Below are positions 1 through 10,789 of a stretch of DNA of 64,000 bases, one piece after another; within the stretch, counting starts at the first letter, position 1; every line of letters begins with the position of its first letter. The translations under genes and the position numbers were made by a program. The notes under the pieces were generated by a model that did no database searches, was not told the origin of the DNA, and saw nothing but the letters and a program-made list of their open reading frames with translations. Location of the stretch: assembly GCF_058153355.1 (NCBI RefSeq), contig NZ_CM177019.1. One strand, written 5' to 3'.

Positions 1-299
1 GCGTGATCCGCGCGAAGAAACAAGATTTGACCAGCGAAGAAATCACCAACCACATTGAAGCAGGAAAAGTGGTGACTAAACTGGCGCTCGACTGGCAGCA
101 GCGCATTCAGTTTGTGATGTGCGACGATGGTTCACTCAAGCGTCTGAAGTTCTGCGACGAGCTGCGCGATCAAAACGAAGATATCGACCGTGAAGATTTT
201 GCCCAACGTTTTGATGCCGATTTCATCCTGATGACCGGTGAACTGGCAGCATTAATCCAAAACCTGATCGAAGGATTAGGTGGCGAAGCACAACGTTAA
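1..299 (+). CDS. rdgC: Recombination-associated protein RdgC, C-terminal part (gene starts upstream of window)
   Basis: ORF 3..299 translation ends ...[15 protein letters not shown], recognised as RdgC C-terminus; position next to ppnP/aroM matches the E. coli map. Confidence 0.75.
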
Positions 300-317
300 T
301 TGCTGATTTGCCTTTAA

Positions 318-356
318 TGCCGGATGCGACGCCTGCGGCGTCTTATCCGGCGTACG
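318..356. repeat. REP (repetitive extragenic palindrome) between convergent rdgC and the 151-aa ORF
   Basis: gccggatgcgacgcctgcggcgtcttatccggcgtac: typical GCCGGATG...CTTATCCGGC REP palindrome. Confidence 0.6.
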
Positions 357-376
357 AATCCACACCAGGCATATAA

Positions 377-832
377 TCATTCGCTACGGCGGGCAATAAT
401 TTTTAGCGCAGCAATATTATGCGTTTTACGCCGTAACTGATCCAACCGTCTCATCCCTATTCGCCTGTCAGCGGCACGCAGAATATTCACTAACCCCCAT
501 TTATCGCTGGTAAATTGTTTCGTTAACAGCTCCGCTTTTGGGGTATCAATATATTCACGCAATAAATCAGAAATTGAACAAATATCCGTCAGATAAGGAT
601 ACCAGCAAGTTTCACCATGAAAATTACGCACTCCACCATTGCCTGCCATAAAGTCTTTTGGGTAATCCCAGATTACGTCTTTATCCAACGTGATCCAATA
701 ACGTGGTAAATCGGTGCTTCCACCATTTTGGCTGCGCATGGGATAACGGGTACAGTGAATTTGCAGGTTGATCGTTGGCGTCAGTAAGTCATAAATCTCC
801 CTCTGTAACTTGCTCCAGGGGCGTTGTGTCAT
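377..832 (-). CDS. Hypothetical 151-aa protein, second gene of accessory operon (possibly the intact form of the K-12 ykiA remnant)
   Basis: ORF 377..832; start overlaps stop of upstream 762-aa ORF (ATGA at 829..832), suggesting translational coupling; no recognisable motif. Confidence 0.55.
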   Translation of the reverse strand: MTQRPWSKLQREIYDLLTPTINLQIHCTRYPMRSQNGGSTDLPRYWITLDKDVIWDYPKDFMAGNGGVRNFHGETCWYPYLTDICSISDLLREYIDTPKAELLTKQFTSDKWGLVNILRAADRRIGMRRLDQLRRKTHNIAALKIIARRSE

Positions 833-3117
833 TGTTTTTCCTCAAGCCGGTTACGCGCTTCACTGCGAATTTGCCGCGTTGCCCCGGTTTTCACTAAATC
901 ACGTAACTGCGAAAGATCGGGCTGATCGACAAATAAGATTAATGATGGATCCTCTTTTAACCACGCCGTTTTCACATCGGCAGCCAACTGTGGATTATTA
1001 ATAGCCAGCGCCCGATCCTGTGACTCAGTCAATGTCGTTAACAAAGAGGCTGGGGTATGTACATTGCGCAACGCCGTCTGCCGCAAATGATCATTGTGAC
1101 TTTTCAGCAATCCGCACCACCATTCATCATCTGATTTATCTTTTATCGTATCCAGCTCCGCAAAAATATCGCTTTCCTCATGATTCCAGCGGAGTAATCC
1201 TCTTTCACTTTGTCTACGGGTGCTATTTTTCATACTGACAACAGACAACGCCCAGTCGGAGTTAAAACGATACTGTTGATCGAGTTTGTTGATAATTCCG
1301 GAGGGTAAATCTTCATTATCAAATAGCTGGTTTCGCATCCGATAGCGGTATTCAGCAGGTAAATAAACCAGTAAATCGATGGCATTATTAAACATCTCTT
1401 CGTCAATAATACCATTATCAATCAGCGCCAGCTGTACTTCGTAGGCTTGCTCTTGATCTTCTTGCCGTTTACTCATCATTAATTTTAAGGTGTGTTGCCA
1501 TAATTGTTTCTTATACTCCAGAGGTAATAATTTATCGCGTGCCAGCTCATACCAGATGCTGGGAATGTCATGCTGATTCAGTAGATAACTAATCACTTCC
1601 TTCGAGGTCAGATAACGCATGCCGTCACGTAAGTTGTGCACATCTTCTTTTGCCAAAGTCAGTTGACGCGACTCCGGCAAAGCGACCAATAACGCCTTCA
1701 CGATATTTTTATTTTCTTTATTATCCAGATACATTTGTTCTGCGATACGTTCAACATCCTCTGTACTCAGGGTCGCTGACAGTTGGGTGATTTTTAGTTC
1801 AGTAAGCGTCCGGGCTAATGCTTGACGAACTTTCAGCGATTTATCTTTACTCAACAACACCGCTTGTTGTGCGGTTAAATCGGCTCCGGTAATTCTTTCG
1901 CGTAACTCCGGATCTTCGCTATTTATCAATTCATCAACCACTGCAGTTGGAACCAGCCAGGCGTAATCGTAATGGCTGATTAATGTCTTGCGCACACTGA
2001 GAAAAGGGCTTTGACTTAACGACACAACAATATCAGGAGAAAGATTATCCTGTCTGGCCTGCTCCAGCTGTATGCTCTCGACGGGTACAGACATTAATTT
2101 TTTATTCACTTCGGCGGATATATTGCTGTTTTTAACCAGTCCTCTGGCAACAGCTTCATCTTTAATTAATTCATCGGTAAGCAAATGCATGTGTTGAGCA
2201 GGCCAGGACTGCGCCATTGATTCACGCGTCTGGTCATCAGGGTGCTGTAACAATTGCAGCATAACAGCGGGTGACAAACGCTCTATATGTGTCAGAAAAC
2301 GTGCCATCAGTGGATCTTCATGCTTTATTTTATCCGCAGGGAAATTGTCGAGTTTACCCGCTTCAATCCACTGTAATTTCTCATTAATTTTAGAATCAGC
2401 TTTATCTCGAAAAACAGGTAACCCCTGAATTATATTATCTGCGACGCTATCATAGTCAGGATACGCATTAAAAATATTATCAGTTTCGATTTCAGTATGA
2501 TCGTAAAAGTCGGGATTCACCAGTGAATAGGCTTTCTTAATATTCTCATCCCAGCTATATCCTTCACCACTTGCATCTTCATTGATATAAAATTCAGCTT
2601 TGATGGACTCAAATTGCGTTGCTTTATCGGAAACAATAATTCCTCGTGCGCTAATTCCCTTCATCACTTCAAAATTATGATCATTATAATCAGCATAAAC
2701 TAAACCTTTTGCTGTCATCTGCCCTTTGACATACGCGAAATCATGATTAATAAAGTTATCGACAATAACATTACCTAGTACAATCAGATGACCATTACCT
2801 GACAGATAATCATCATAATCGCCGGAAATCGTTAAATTACCGTTCACCACCAGTTTATGCTGATTGCTGAAGTTAGTGGGTAATGATAGGTCACCATTAT
2901 GATAATACCAGCGGATATTATCTTTTAGCATATAAGCAGCTTCCATACTATCGTTGGTTGCCGCTTTAACCACGTTGCGCTCATCTGCCGTCATAAGATG
3001 AAAGTCAGAGGTGATAAGGTCCTCGCTACTGATCCACTCTGTGGCACATGCATTGCCAGTCATAAAAAATACGACCATACAGATGACCAATATATTAATT
3101 CTATTCATAATCTTCAC
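829..3117 (-). CDS. Hypothetical exported 762-aa protein: N-terminal signal peptide, beta-solenoid-like N-domain, long alpha-helical repeat region
   Basis: ORF 829..3117; N-terminus [25 protein letters not shown] has n/h/c signal-peptide regions; residues ~85-165 show repeated GN..V.G pattern; remainder is Leu/Glu/Lys/Gln-rich and HEAT-like; region looks AT-richer than flanking genes by eye. Confidence 0.65.
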   Translation of the reverse strand: MKIMNRINILVICMVVFFMTGNACATEWISSEDLITSDFHLMTADERNVVKAATNDSMEAAYMLKDNIRWYYHNGDLSLPTNFSNQHKLVVNGNLTISGDYDDYLSGNGHLIVLGNVIVDNFINHDFAYVKGQMTAKGLVYADYNDHNFEVMKGISARGIIVSDKATQFESIKAEFYINEDASGEGYSWDENIKKAYSLVNPDFYDHTEIETDNIFNAYPDYDSVADNIIQGLPVFRDKADSKINEKLQWIEAGKLDNFPADKIKHEDPLMARFLTHIERLSPAVMLQLLQHPDDQTRESMAQSWPAQHMHLLTDELIKDEAVARGLVKNSNISAEVNKKLMSVPVESIQLEQARQDNLSPDIVVSLSQSPFLSVRKTLISHYDYAWLVPTAVVDELINSEDPELRERITGADLTAQQAVLLSKDKSLKVRQALARTLTELKITQLSATLSTEDVERIAEQMYLDNKENKNIVKALLVALPESRQLTLAKEDVHNLRDGMRYLTSKEVISYLLNQHDIPSIWYELARDKLLPLEYKKQLWQHTLKLMMSKRQEDQEQAYEVQLALIDNGIIDEEMFNNAIDLLVYLPAEYRYRMRNQLFDNEDLPSGIINKLDQQYRFNSDWALSVVSMKNSTRRQSERGLLRWNHEESDIFAELDTIKDKSDDEWWCGLLKSHNDHLRQTALRNVHTPASLLTTLTESQDRALAINNPQLAADVKTAWLKEDPSLILFVDQPDLSQLRDLVKTGATRQIRSEARNRLEEKQ

Positions 3118-3290
3118 TGATATTTATATCAACCTTGATGAATTATGAATATATCGGAAATCGAAAAAATCGCAGCAAAGGAAATATTATTATGGGTTAA
3201 AGAGAGGATATTTCAGAAAAATGCCCTCCCGTTCATGGGGAAGGCGAGGAATTACAGATAGCGGCACAGATAAGAGGTGGGTTCGGCAAC

Positions 3291-3536
3291 TTACAGATGA
3301 AACTCGCTGTGACCGGGAACATTAAACACCGAACCGGCTTCATACACTTGCCAGTCGGTCGCGTCAGGCAGTAACACATTCAGCGCACCACTGATTACCG
3401 TCATCTCTTCAGGCTCAGCGGTGCTGAAGGTGTATTCGCCTTCAACCATAACACCCACGCTGGCGCGGCCAGTGCTACTGCTGGAAAAGCCGATCGATTT
3501 CACTTTGCCGGAAAAGTACTCATTACTTTGAAGCAT
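3291..3536 (-). CDS. ppnP: Pyrimidine/purine nucleoside phosphorylase PpnP (YaiE), 81-aa form ending at in-frame TAA; 12 further in-frame codons (VAEPTSYLCRYL) follow before a second stop at 3252..3254
   Basis: Translation [17 protein letters not shown]...GHSEFHL matches PpnP; the K-12 protein as I recall is 94 aa ending HLQVAEPTSYLCRYL. Confidence 0.8.
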
Positions 3537-3607
3537 AAACTGGCCCTGTCTGGTAGTTGAACATCTACTTCACTATAGGGGCCAGAGGCGCTGGCTGTCA
3601 CGCAAAA

Positions 3608-4285
3608 TTACACCAGCAATTCCGCAGCTAGCCGTGCAATCAATACGTTAGAGAGCAAGACAGGAACATCGAGCTGTTTTTGCAGTAAATCGCGATGACG
3701 CTGGTTAAATCCCAAACAATCCAGCATGATGACATCTGCGCCTTTTGCCAGTAATTCTTTCCCGGCATCAATGATTTTTTGTTCCGAATCATGAATGGGG
3801 TTACCCAATGAAAATACTGGCGGTTTCTGCAAAATTTGCCATTTTTGCGCCTGAACGGTCAGTAGCTCTTCAACCGGTACGATAACCCCCACCTGATGAT
3901 CTTCAATAATAGAGGAAACCAGCGGTGGCAATATTCGCAACGGCTCAAGAAAGATCGTATTACGCTCAGTCATACTCCTAATGTTTGCTGTACTCATTAA
4001 TATAATGACGTCGTAGCCCTGATTATCGAGCACTTCAACCACACCTTGCAGGTCTCGCTCCACTTTGCGACGCGAAACATGGGCCAGTTGGTTGTCATTT
4101 AATAATGTGAGAATTGTGTCTTCGCCTGCTTCTGGCGCGTACTCTGCCATCACTTCTTCACGGCTTAACTTTCCCAGCAGGCTATGATGGGAAATATTAT
4201 CTTCGTCAATGTATTCTGTCAGGAGCGGCAAAACTTCCTGCATAGGTACAATGCCGATGGTCAGAATCGCCAACGACGCACTCAT
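3608..4285 (-). CDS. aroM: AroM protein
   Basis: 225-aa [19 protein letters not shown]..., recognised AroM; position downstream of aroL-yaiA. Confidence 0.9.
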   Translation of the reverse strand: MSASLAILTIGIVPMQEVLPLLTEYIDEDNISHHSLLGKLSREEVMAEYAPEAGEDTILTLLNDNQLAHVSRRKVERDLQGVVEVLDNQGYDVIILMSTANIRSMTERNTIFLEPLRILPPLVSSIIEDHQVGVIVPVEELLTVQAQKWQILQKPPVFSLGNPIHDSEQKIIDAGKELLAKGADVIMLDCLGFNQRHRDLLQKQLDVPVLLSNVLIARLAAELLV

Positions 4286-4542
4286 TGTTCTTCCACCTTA
4301 CTTTTATTTCGTCGTTAATTACCGGGCAAGTGTTAAGCACCACTGCTGACACTTACTTGTGCTACAAATGACAAAAAGCGTAGCAGCAGACCTGCTCGGC
4401 ATAATGTAAAGATTCCAAATGATTCCAGTAATGGATTGTTATTGTTTAATATTCTAATTATTTGAAAAACATGAATTGTGAAAAATGTGACGCAGATCCC
4501 TTGTGGTGGCACTCAGAATCCCTTCCGAGCAGTCTGATGCGG

Positions 4543-4743
<201 letters not shown>

Positions 4744-4783
4744 TTATTTCACGGGATGAACGTTAAGTATAGGCGCTCGAAAA

Positions 4784-5308
4784 TCAACAATTGATCGTCT
4801 GTGCCAGGGCGCTGCGAATTTCAGAAATCACCTGGCTGGGTTCGTTTGTTGCGTCGATGATAATATGCGCAACTTCGCGATATAGCGCATCGCGTTCTTC
4901 CAGCACTTCCTGAACTTCTTCGCTCAGCGGTTTCCCCGTTAAGGTTGGCCGTAAATCTTCTTCCGGTGCAGCTTGCAGTCGGTTAACCAGGACTGATACT
5001 GGCGCACACAAATAAACCACGATCCCGTTATTTTGCATAAAGTGACGATTAAATTCCGTCAGGATAATGCCGCCGCCCGTGGCGATAACGGTGGATGGCG
5101 CAGTTACCGCTTCCAACGCCGCCGTTTCTCTGGCGCGGAATCCCGCCCACTCTTCCCTTTCGACGATCTCCGCGACCGTCATATTGAGCTGTGATTGCAA
5201 CCACTGGTCGGTATCGACAAACCGACGGTTAAGTGAATCGGCAAGGGCCATTCCGACCGTTGTTTTACCACAGCCCCGAGGCCCGATCAGAAAAAGAGGT
5301 TGTGTCAT
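4784..5308 (-). CDS. aroL: Shikimate kinase II
   Basis: 174-aa ORF with P-loop GPRGCGKTT, recognised AroL. Confidence 0.95.
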
Positions 5309-5371
5309 CGTGGGTTTTCCCCAATAGGTCGCAATGCGGCGAAAGCCGGTGTCATGAGAATAGCGATCATA

Positions 5372-5489
5372 CCATCAAACTAGTACAATTTCGATTGTAA
5401 AGAAAAAATTCCACTTAAAGTGAAAATTTTAATACATCCCTTACTATACCAATAAATTTTCAAGAATGAAGTGTAAATAATAAATTACA
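5372..5489 (-). promoter_or_regulatory. aroL promoter/operator region with TyrR box(es) and a TrpR-like half-site
   Basis: tgtaaataataaattaca at 5472..5489 fits TGTAAA-N6-TTTACA; weaker tgtaaagaaaaaattcca at 5396..5413; ACTAGTAC at 5379..5386 resembles a trp operator half-site; aroL is known to be TyrR/TrpR regulated. Confidence 0.5.
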
Positions 5490-5490
5490 T

Positions 5491-5949
5491 TCAGCCACGA
5501 CTACGTTGCACTTCCAGCCACCACTTCTCCAGCTCCGCGGCAAAGGCCTGGCGGTCACGTTGTGAAAGGCTATCTGGTCCCCCGGTCTGGATCCCACTGG
5601 CGCGTAAGGTATCCATAAAATCGCGCATCGTCAGGCGCTCACGAATGGTCGCTGGTGTGTAACGTTCGCCGCGTGGATTAAGCGCCGCAGCGCCTTTCTC
5701 GATGGCTTCAGCAGCCAAAGGAATATCTGCGGTGATCACCAAATCGCCCGCTTCACACTGCCGGACAATTTCGTTATCGGCAACGTCGAAACCTGCCGCG
5801 ACGCGCAGCGTTCGAATAAATCGCGAAGGTGGTACGCGTAAACTCTGGTTTGCTACCAGTACCAGCGGCATCTGCATACGTTCAGCCGCGCGATACAAAA
5901 TCTCTTTAATTACATTGGGACACGCGTCGGCATCCACCCAAATTGTCAT
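5491..5949 (-). CDS. yaiI: UPF0178 protein YaiI
   Basis: ORF 5491..6069; 152-aa product from internal Met [16 protein letters not shown]... matches YaiI. Confidence 0.85.
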   Translation of the reverse strand: MTIWVDADACPNVIKEILYRAAERMQMPLVLVANQSLRVPPSRFIRTLRVAAGFDVADNEIVRQCEAGDLVITADIPLAAEAIEKGAAALNPRGERYTPATIRERLTMRDFMDTLRASGIQTGGPDSLSQRDRQAFAAELEKWWLEVQRSRG

Positions 5950-6068
5950 AAAGTCATCCTTTGTTGGGTAATTCTCTATTGTGTCGCGCTTTTGCCTTCC
6001 GGCATAGTTCTGTTTATGCTTCTGCCAGCGATTATCAAAACAATGAATTTCACGGCAGGAGTGAGGCA

Positions 6069-6878
6069 ATGGAAAAGAAAATCGGTTTTATTGGCTGCGG
6101 CAATATGGGAAAAGCCATTCTCGGCGGTCTGATTGCCAGCGGTCAGGTGCTTCCAGGGCAAATCTGGGTATATACCCCCTCCCCGGATAAAGTCGCCGCC
6201 CTGCATGACCAGTTCGGCATCAACGCCGCAGAATCGGCGCAGGAAGTGGCGCAAATCGCCGACATCATTTTCGCCGCCGTTAAACCGGGCATCATGATTA
6301 AAGTGCTTAGCGAAATCACCTCCAGCCTGAATAAAGACTCTCTGGTCGTTTCTATTGCTGCGGGTGTCACGCTCGACCAGCTTGCCCGCGCGCTGGGCCA
6401 TGACCGGAAAATTATCCGCGCCATGCCGAACACTCCCGCACTGGTTAATGCCGGGATGACCTCCGTAACGCCAAACGCGCTGGTAACCCCAGAAGATACC
6501 GCTGATGTGCTGAATATTTTCCGCGGCTTTGGCGAAGCGGAAGTAATTGCCGAGCCGATGATCCACCCGGTGGTCGGTGTGAGCGGTTCTTCGCCAGCCT
6601 ACGTCTTTATGTTTATCGAAGCGATGGCCGACGCCGCCGTGCTGGGCGGGATGCCACGCGCCCAGGCGTATAAATTTGCCGCTCAGGCGGTAATGGGTTC
6701 CGCAAAAATGGTGCTGGAAACGGGAGAACATCCGGGGGCACTGAAAGATATGGTCTGCTCACCGGGAGGCACCACCATTGAGGCGGTACGCGTACTGGAA
6801 GAGAAAGGCTTCCGTGCCGCAGTGATCGAAGCGATGACGAAGTGTATGGAAAAATCAGAAAAACTCAGCAAATCCTGA
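6069..6878 (+). CDS. proC: Pyrroline-5-carboxylate reductase
   Basis: ORF 5961..6878; 269-aa product from Met [20 protein letters not shown] with Rossmann motif; recognised ProC. Confidence 0.95.
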   Translation: MEKKIGFIGCGNMGKAILGGLIASGQVLPGQIWVYTPSPDKVAALHDQFGINAAESAQEVAQIADIIFAAVKPGIMIKVLSEITSSLNKDSLVVSIAAGVTLDQLARALGHDRKIIRAMPNTPALVNAGMTSVTPNALVTPEDTADVLNIFRGFGEAEVIAEPMIHPVVGVSGSSPAYVFMFIEAMADAAVLGGMPRAQAYKFAAQAVMGSAKMVLETGEHPGALKDMVCSPGGTTIEAVRVLEEKGFRAAVIEAMTKCMEKSEKLSKS

Positions 6879-6894
6879 TGACTTTCGCCGGACG

Positions 6895-8010
6895 TCAGGC
6901 CGCCACTTCGGTGCGGTTACGTCCGGCTTTCTTTGCTTTGTAGAGCGCCAAATCTGCCGATTTCAACCACTCCCGATAGTGACTCATTTGTGGATTCAGC
7001 GGCGCGACACCCACACTAATCCGTAACATCACCTGCGGTGTATTCGGCAAACGTAACGTATTTAGCCCTTCATGTACCCGTAACATGGCGGTAATGGCGC
7101 TCTCAGCTGGCGTACCGGACATGATCACCGCAAACTCATCGCCACCAAACCGACCAATCACATCGCTACCGCGCAGGGTAATTTGTAATTGTCGGGTAAG
7201 CGCCACAATCGCTTCATCGCCCACATCATGGCCCCAGGTATCGTTGATGCTCTTGAAATGGTCGATATCGATAATCAGTAACGTCGCATCGCGGTTATGC
7301 CGCCGACAGTTATCAAATTCATTGCGTAACATAGTTTCCCAATGACGTCGGTTATACACGCCCGTCATACCGTCGCGGGTACTCATGACCTGCAACCTGC
7401 GTTTATGTTCCGCCAGTTTAGTCGCCGTCTGGTAGCTGACCCAGCCAAACAGCATAGGATAAATGACGATAATGGGAAGGGAGAGCCACCATTCCAGCGG
7501 CGCACTATTGAACGACACGGTGATACCCGTCAGTTCGAGGGTGACAAGGCAGGAAACCACCATCAACACCAGACCCGCGACAAACAGACGGGGGCCGCCT
7601 GCCCCCATCAAATTCAGACACATAATCATCAACATCGCGGTGGAAGGCAGCACGTTTACGCCCATTACGCCTACCCACATTCCCGCTAATACTGCATCGG
7701 TTTTTAAGTTATAAATTTCCCGGCTAAGCGGATCGACAGCCCTACTCGCAATCTGCCAGGCTAAATGCGGCCAGACGAACGCCCAGCCGACCAACACCAG
7801 CCACCACCAGCCCGGCGGCGGGTGCGAAACCAGCGTTGAAGCAATCGGTAAGAACATGCCAGCCAGGCCAACCGCGCGGGGTAGTCTGACGCGACGGGCG
7901 AAGCGCAGCCCGGACCGCTGATGTTCGTTTTGAGGAGTTAAAGGAGGTTCCTCCCCATGCGCCGCCGCTTTTTTGAAAAAGTTTTCATCATTCATTATTT
8001 TTGGGAACAT
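6895..8010 (-). CDS. dgcC: Diguanylate cyclase DgcC (AdrA/YaiC), membrane MASE2 + GGDEF
   Basis: 371-aa ORF with hydrophobic N-terminal half and RFGGDEFAV GGDEF motif. Confidence 0.9.
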   Translation of the reverse strand: MFPKIMNDENFFKKAAAHGEEPPLTPQNEHQRSGLRFARRVRLPRAVGLAGMFLPIASTLVSHPPPGWWWLVLVGWAFVWPHLAWQIASRAVDPLSREIYNLKTDAVLAGMWVGVMGVNVLPSTAMLMIMCLNLMGAGGPRLFVAGLVLMVVSCLVTLELTGITVSFNSAPLEWWLSLPIIVIYPMLFGWVSYQTATKLAEHKRRLQVMSTRDGMTGVYNRRHWETMLRNEFDNCRRHNRDATLLIIDIDHFKSINDTWGHDVGDEAIVALTRQLQITLRGSDVIGRFGGDEFAVIMSGTPAESAITAMLRVHEGLNTLRLPNTPQVMLRISVGVAPLNPQMSHYREWLKSADLALYKAKKAGRNRTEVAA

Positions 8011-8111
8011 TCAGAAACAATTTTCCCAAATTATAGAGACGGGGCTAAAGGCAGAAGTATGAAATTTCGGGTGAGCCATTTTCGTAGCTCACCCGTTAGC
8101 ACTATCAGGTA

Positions 8112-8432
8112 TCAGGCGGCTTTCTTGAGGCAGGCGCTCATAAACTTATTACGATCATCACCTTTCAGAGATTGTTGCGTTGCTTGATTATTACATTCGC
8201 GCATCTTTTGCTGCTGTGGCGTCAAACTTTTTTCATCAGGCGCAGACTTGCTGTTCTTCAGGCAATCACTCATGTAGGTCTTACGAGCATCCCCTTTCAA
8301 CGCCTGCGCCGTCGCCTGCTGATTACAGGAGGTCATACGCTGTTGTTGCGGGGTTAAGGTTCTCTCGGCAGCGCCGACGGTGGTTAAAAAAACCAGTCCG
8401 AAAAGCAAGGTAACCAGTAATGTTATTTTCAT
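8112..8432 (-). CDS. psiF: Phosphate starvation-inducible protein PsiF
   Basis: ORF 8112..8450; 106-aa product from MKITLLVTLLFGL... with duplicated TPQQQ.M..CN motif; immediately downstream of phoA. Confidence 0.85.
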   Translation of the reverse strand: MKITLLVTLLFGLVFLTTVGAAERTLTPQQQRMTSCNQQATAQALKGDARKTYMSDCLKNSKSAPDEKSLTPQQQKMRECNNQATQQSLKGDDRNKFMSACLKKAA

Positions 8433-8550
8433 AGCACCATCCCTCTTCATGTTTTAACCATGAGCGTTTGCGCCCGTGATTTGCCATTAAGTCTGGTTGC
8501 TAACCGCAAAAAAACCACCCGACAGCGAGAATTCACCGCCGGGCGCGGTT

Positions 8551-9966
8551 TTATTTCAGCCCCAGGGCGGCTTTCATGGTGTAGAAGAGATCGGTCTGGT
8601 CGGTCAGTCCAACGACATTGGCGGCATGTGGGCCATACGCCGCAATACGCAGCTGACTACCGGTATGTTCTTGTGAATCCTCTTCGGAGTTCCCGTAACT
8701 CATCACCATCACTGCGCCATCTTTGGTATTTAGCGCCTGGGTGAGGCCCGGCGCTTTGGTGTCCGGCGCGACAATCTGGCTGGCGTGGGCGTGATCAGCG
8801 GTGACTATGACCAGCGTGTTGCCATCCGTTTTAGCGAATTCCAGCGCCCGTTGTACGGCTTCGTCGAGATCGACCGTCTCGCCAATTTGCCCACAAGGAT
8901 TCGCAGCGTGATCCTGTTTATCGATTGATGCACCTTCAACTTGCAGGAAAAAGCCTTTCTCATTTTTACTCAACAATTCAATGGCTTTATCAGTCATCTG
9001 CGCCAGGGTCGGTACGCTGTCATTACGTTGCGGATTAGGCGTACAGGTAACGGCGGGCTTGTCGATATTGCCGTGGTACGTTGCTTTCGGTCCTTGCCAG
9101 CGCACTGGCATATTGCCGTCAGCAAACAGGCCAAGCAGGGGTTTTTGCTGGTTCGCTTCCGTCACCGCGTTCAGCGAGGCAGCATCGTTCACTAACTGAT
9201 AACCACGCACCTGCGCCTGTTCACGCAGCGTTTTTCCCTGCCATTCACCAGCGGTTGCCGTTTCCGCAAAGGTTTTTGCGCCGCCGCCAAGCGTAACATC
9301 GGCACGGGCGTTAAGCAGCTGTTCGGTAATCGATCCTTTTCCGCCTTTTTCCAGCGCGTTACCCGGACATTTTTCACTGGTCGCGCTCGGACCGTAGCAT
9401 TTGCGCGAAGTCACATGCGCCACCAACGCGGCGGGAGTGGCATCCTGCAACTCTGCGGTAGAAATGTTACCGGTCGCCAGCCCTGCGGCTTTTGCCATTT
9501 CCAGAATCGTTGGGTGATCTTTTTCATGAATATCGACACCTAATGCGCCATTATAGGTTTTGACACCGGTTGACCAGGCAGTTGCTGATGCAGCCGAGTC
9601 GGTAACGTAGTCCGGTTTGCCGGTTTTTTTATTCAGCGCATAGTGAGTGTATTGCCCGGTAAGCGGTAAGGCATCAATACCTTTAAAAAAGCCGCCCGCA
9701 CCTTCGGCATAATTACGTGCGGCAGTAATTTCCGAATCCCCCATCCCATCGCCAATCAGCAAAATAATATTTTTTGCAGGCTTATCGCTAAGAGAATCAC
9801 GCAGAGCGGCGCTCTGATCACCCGTTAAGCGGCGAGCACCGCCGGGTGCAGTAATATCGCCCTGAGCAGCCCGGTTTTCCAGAATAGGCATTTCTGGTGT
9901 CCGGGCTTTTGTCACAGGGGTAAACAGTAACGGTAAGAGTGCCAGTGCAATAGTGCTTTGTTTCAC
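8551..9966 (-). CDS. phoA: Alkaline phosphatase (GTG start)
   Basis: ORF 8551..10008; [21 protein letters not shown] signal peptide and DSAASATAW active-site region; a few residue differences from the K-12 sequence as I recall it. Confidence 0.95.
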   Translation of the reverse strand: MKQSTIALALLPLLFTPVTKARTPEMPILENRAAQGDITAPGGARRLTGDQSAALRDSLSDKPAKNIILLIGDGMGDSEITAARNYAEGAGGFFKGIDALPLTGQYTHYALNKKTGKPDYVTDSAASATAWSTGVKTYNGALGVDIHEKDHPTILEMAKAAGLATGNISTAELQDATPAALVAHVTSRKCYGPSATSEKCPGNALEKGGKGSITEQLLNARADVTLGGGAKTFAETATAGEWQGKTLREQAQVRGYQLVNDAASLNAVTEANQQKPLLGLFADGNMPVRWQGPKATYHGNIDKPAVTCTPNPQRNDSVPTLAQMTDKAIELLSKNEKGFFLQVEGASIDKQDHAANPCGQIGETVDLDEAVQRALEFAKTDGNTLVIVTADHAHASQIVAPDTKAPGLTQALNTKDGAVMVMSYGNSEEDSQEHTGSQLRIAAYGPHAANVVGLTDQTDLFYTMKAALGLK

Positions 9967-10028
9967 TTTATTTTCTCCATGTACAAATACATTAAAAAAT
10001 AAAAACAAAGCGACTATAAGTCTCAGCC

Positions 10029-10046
10029 GTGACAGCTTTATGACAG
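10029..10046 (-). promoter_or_regulatory. Pho box (PhoB binding site) of the phoA promoter
   Basis: Minus-strand CTGTCATAAAGCTGTCAC, two direct CTGTCA(T/C) repeats about 25 bp upstream of the -10 region and ~60 bp upstream of the phoA GTG. Confidence 0.7.
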
Positions 10047-10066
10047 CTGTTGAAAAGATTACCTTT

Positions 10067-10327
10067 TTACTGACGAGGATGCTTCAATAACTTCTTTACA
10101 TAATCGCGCAGCAGCTCCGTATCGTCGTCAGGAATGCTGGCATCGGGCTTTACCTCGTAAAGTGCCCCCTCTACCTGATCAATCAACCGCTGTTGGTCAT
10201 TTTGCGCCATATTACGAAGCATTGCAGTGACGATAATCTCCAGTGCTTCTACCTGCGCGCACAGTTCTTTCGACTCTTCTTCTTTTTGGGCAAGCTTAAA
10301 TAACAACTCAGCAATGAGATTTTTCAT
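10067..10327 (-). CDS. iraP: Anti-adaptor protein IraP
   Basis: 86-aa [25 protein letters not shown]..., recognised IraP (YaiB). Confidence 0.9.
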
Positions 10328-10789
10328 GTCTGTATTTCCTTATCCAAAGTATGGAGAAGTTAACATTATGCTTCACAACTTCATAGTGTCTGGAGGTAGT
10401 ATTTTTATGACGAATGAAATACTTTGCGCAAATATTTTTTCCATATTTATCAGCGAAACGTTTCTCTTATTTAAATAAGTAACCATACAAAGTATAGGTT
10501 TTTAATTATCAACCTTTATTATAAGTAAAAGTTATGAAATATATTCTCTTTGCTAACTTATAATTAAGAGAAAAAAACTCACTGCATGGCCATTTAAACC
10601 AGGAATAAATTAGCTTCCCGTTCATCATTTTTGTGATCTTGCGCACATCTTTGAGATAACGCACTTTCTTCACCAGTACGTTGCACACTTTGTCAGTAGA
10701 AGATTGCAACATTCTGTCAGAAGGCCGCGAATCCCCCGTTTTGTCGTGGTAATGTATGCACTTTGTGTTAGACGGGATAGGTTTTCAAG

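Noticed and set aside
5950-6069. N-terminal extensions of yaiI (to 6069) and proC (from 5961) given by the ORF track
   Set aside because: The extensions overlap each other across the divergent promoter; the recognised proteins begin at the internal Met residues (5949 and 6069).
5976-6731. 251-aa minus-strand ORF antisense to proC
   Set aside because: Overlaps the well-recognised proC entirely; His/Gly/Arg-rich low-complexity translation typical of a GC-rich antisense frame.
10509-10712. 67-aa minus-strand ORF in the iraP-ddlA intergenic region
   Set aside because: AT-rich promoter region, no convincing RBS or conservation signal; more likely chance ORF in promoter DNA.
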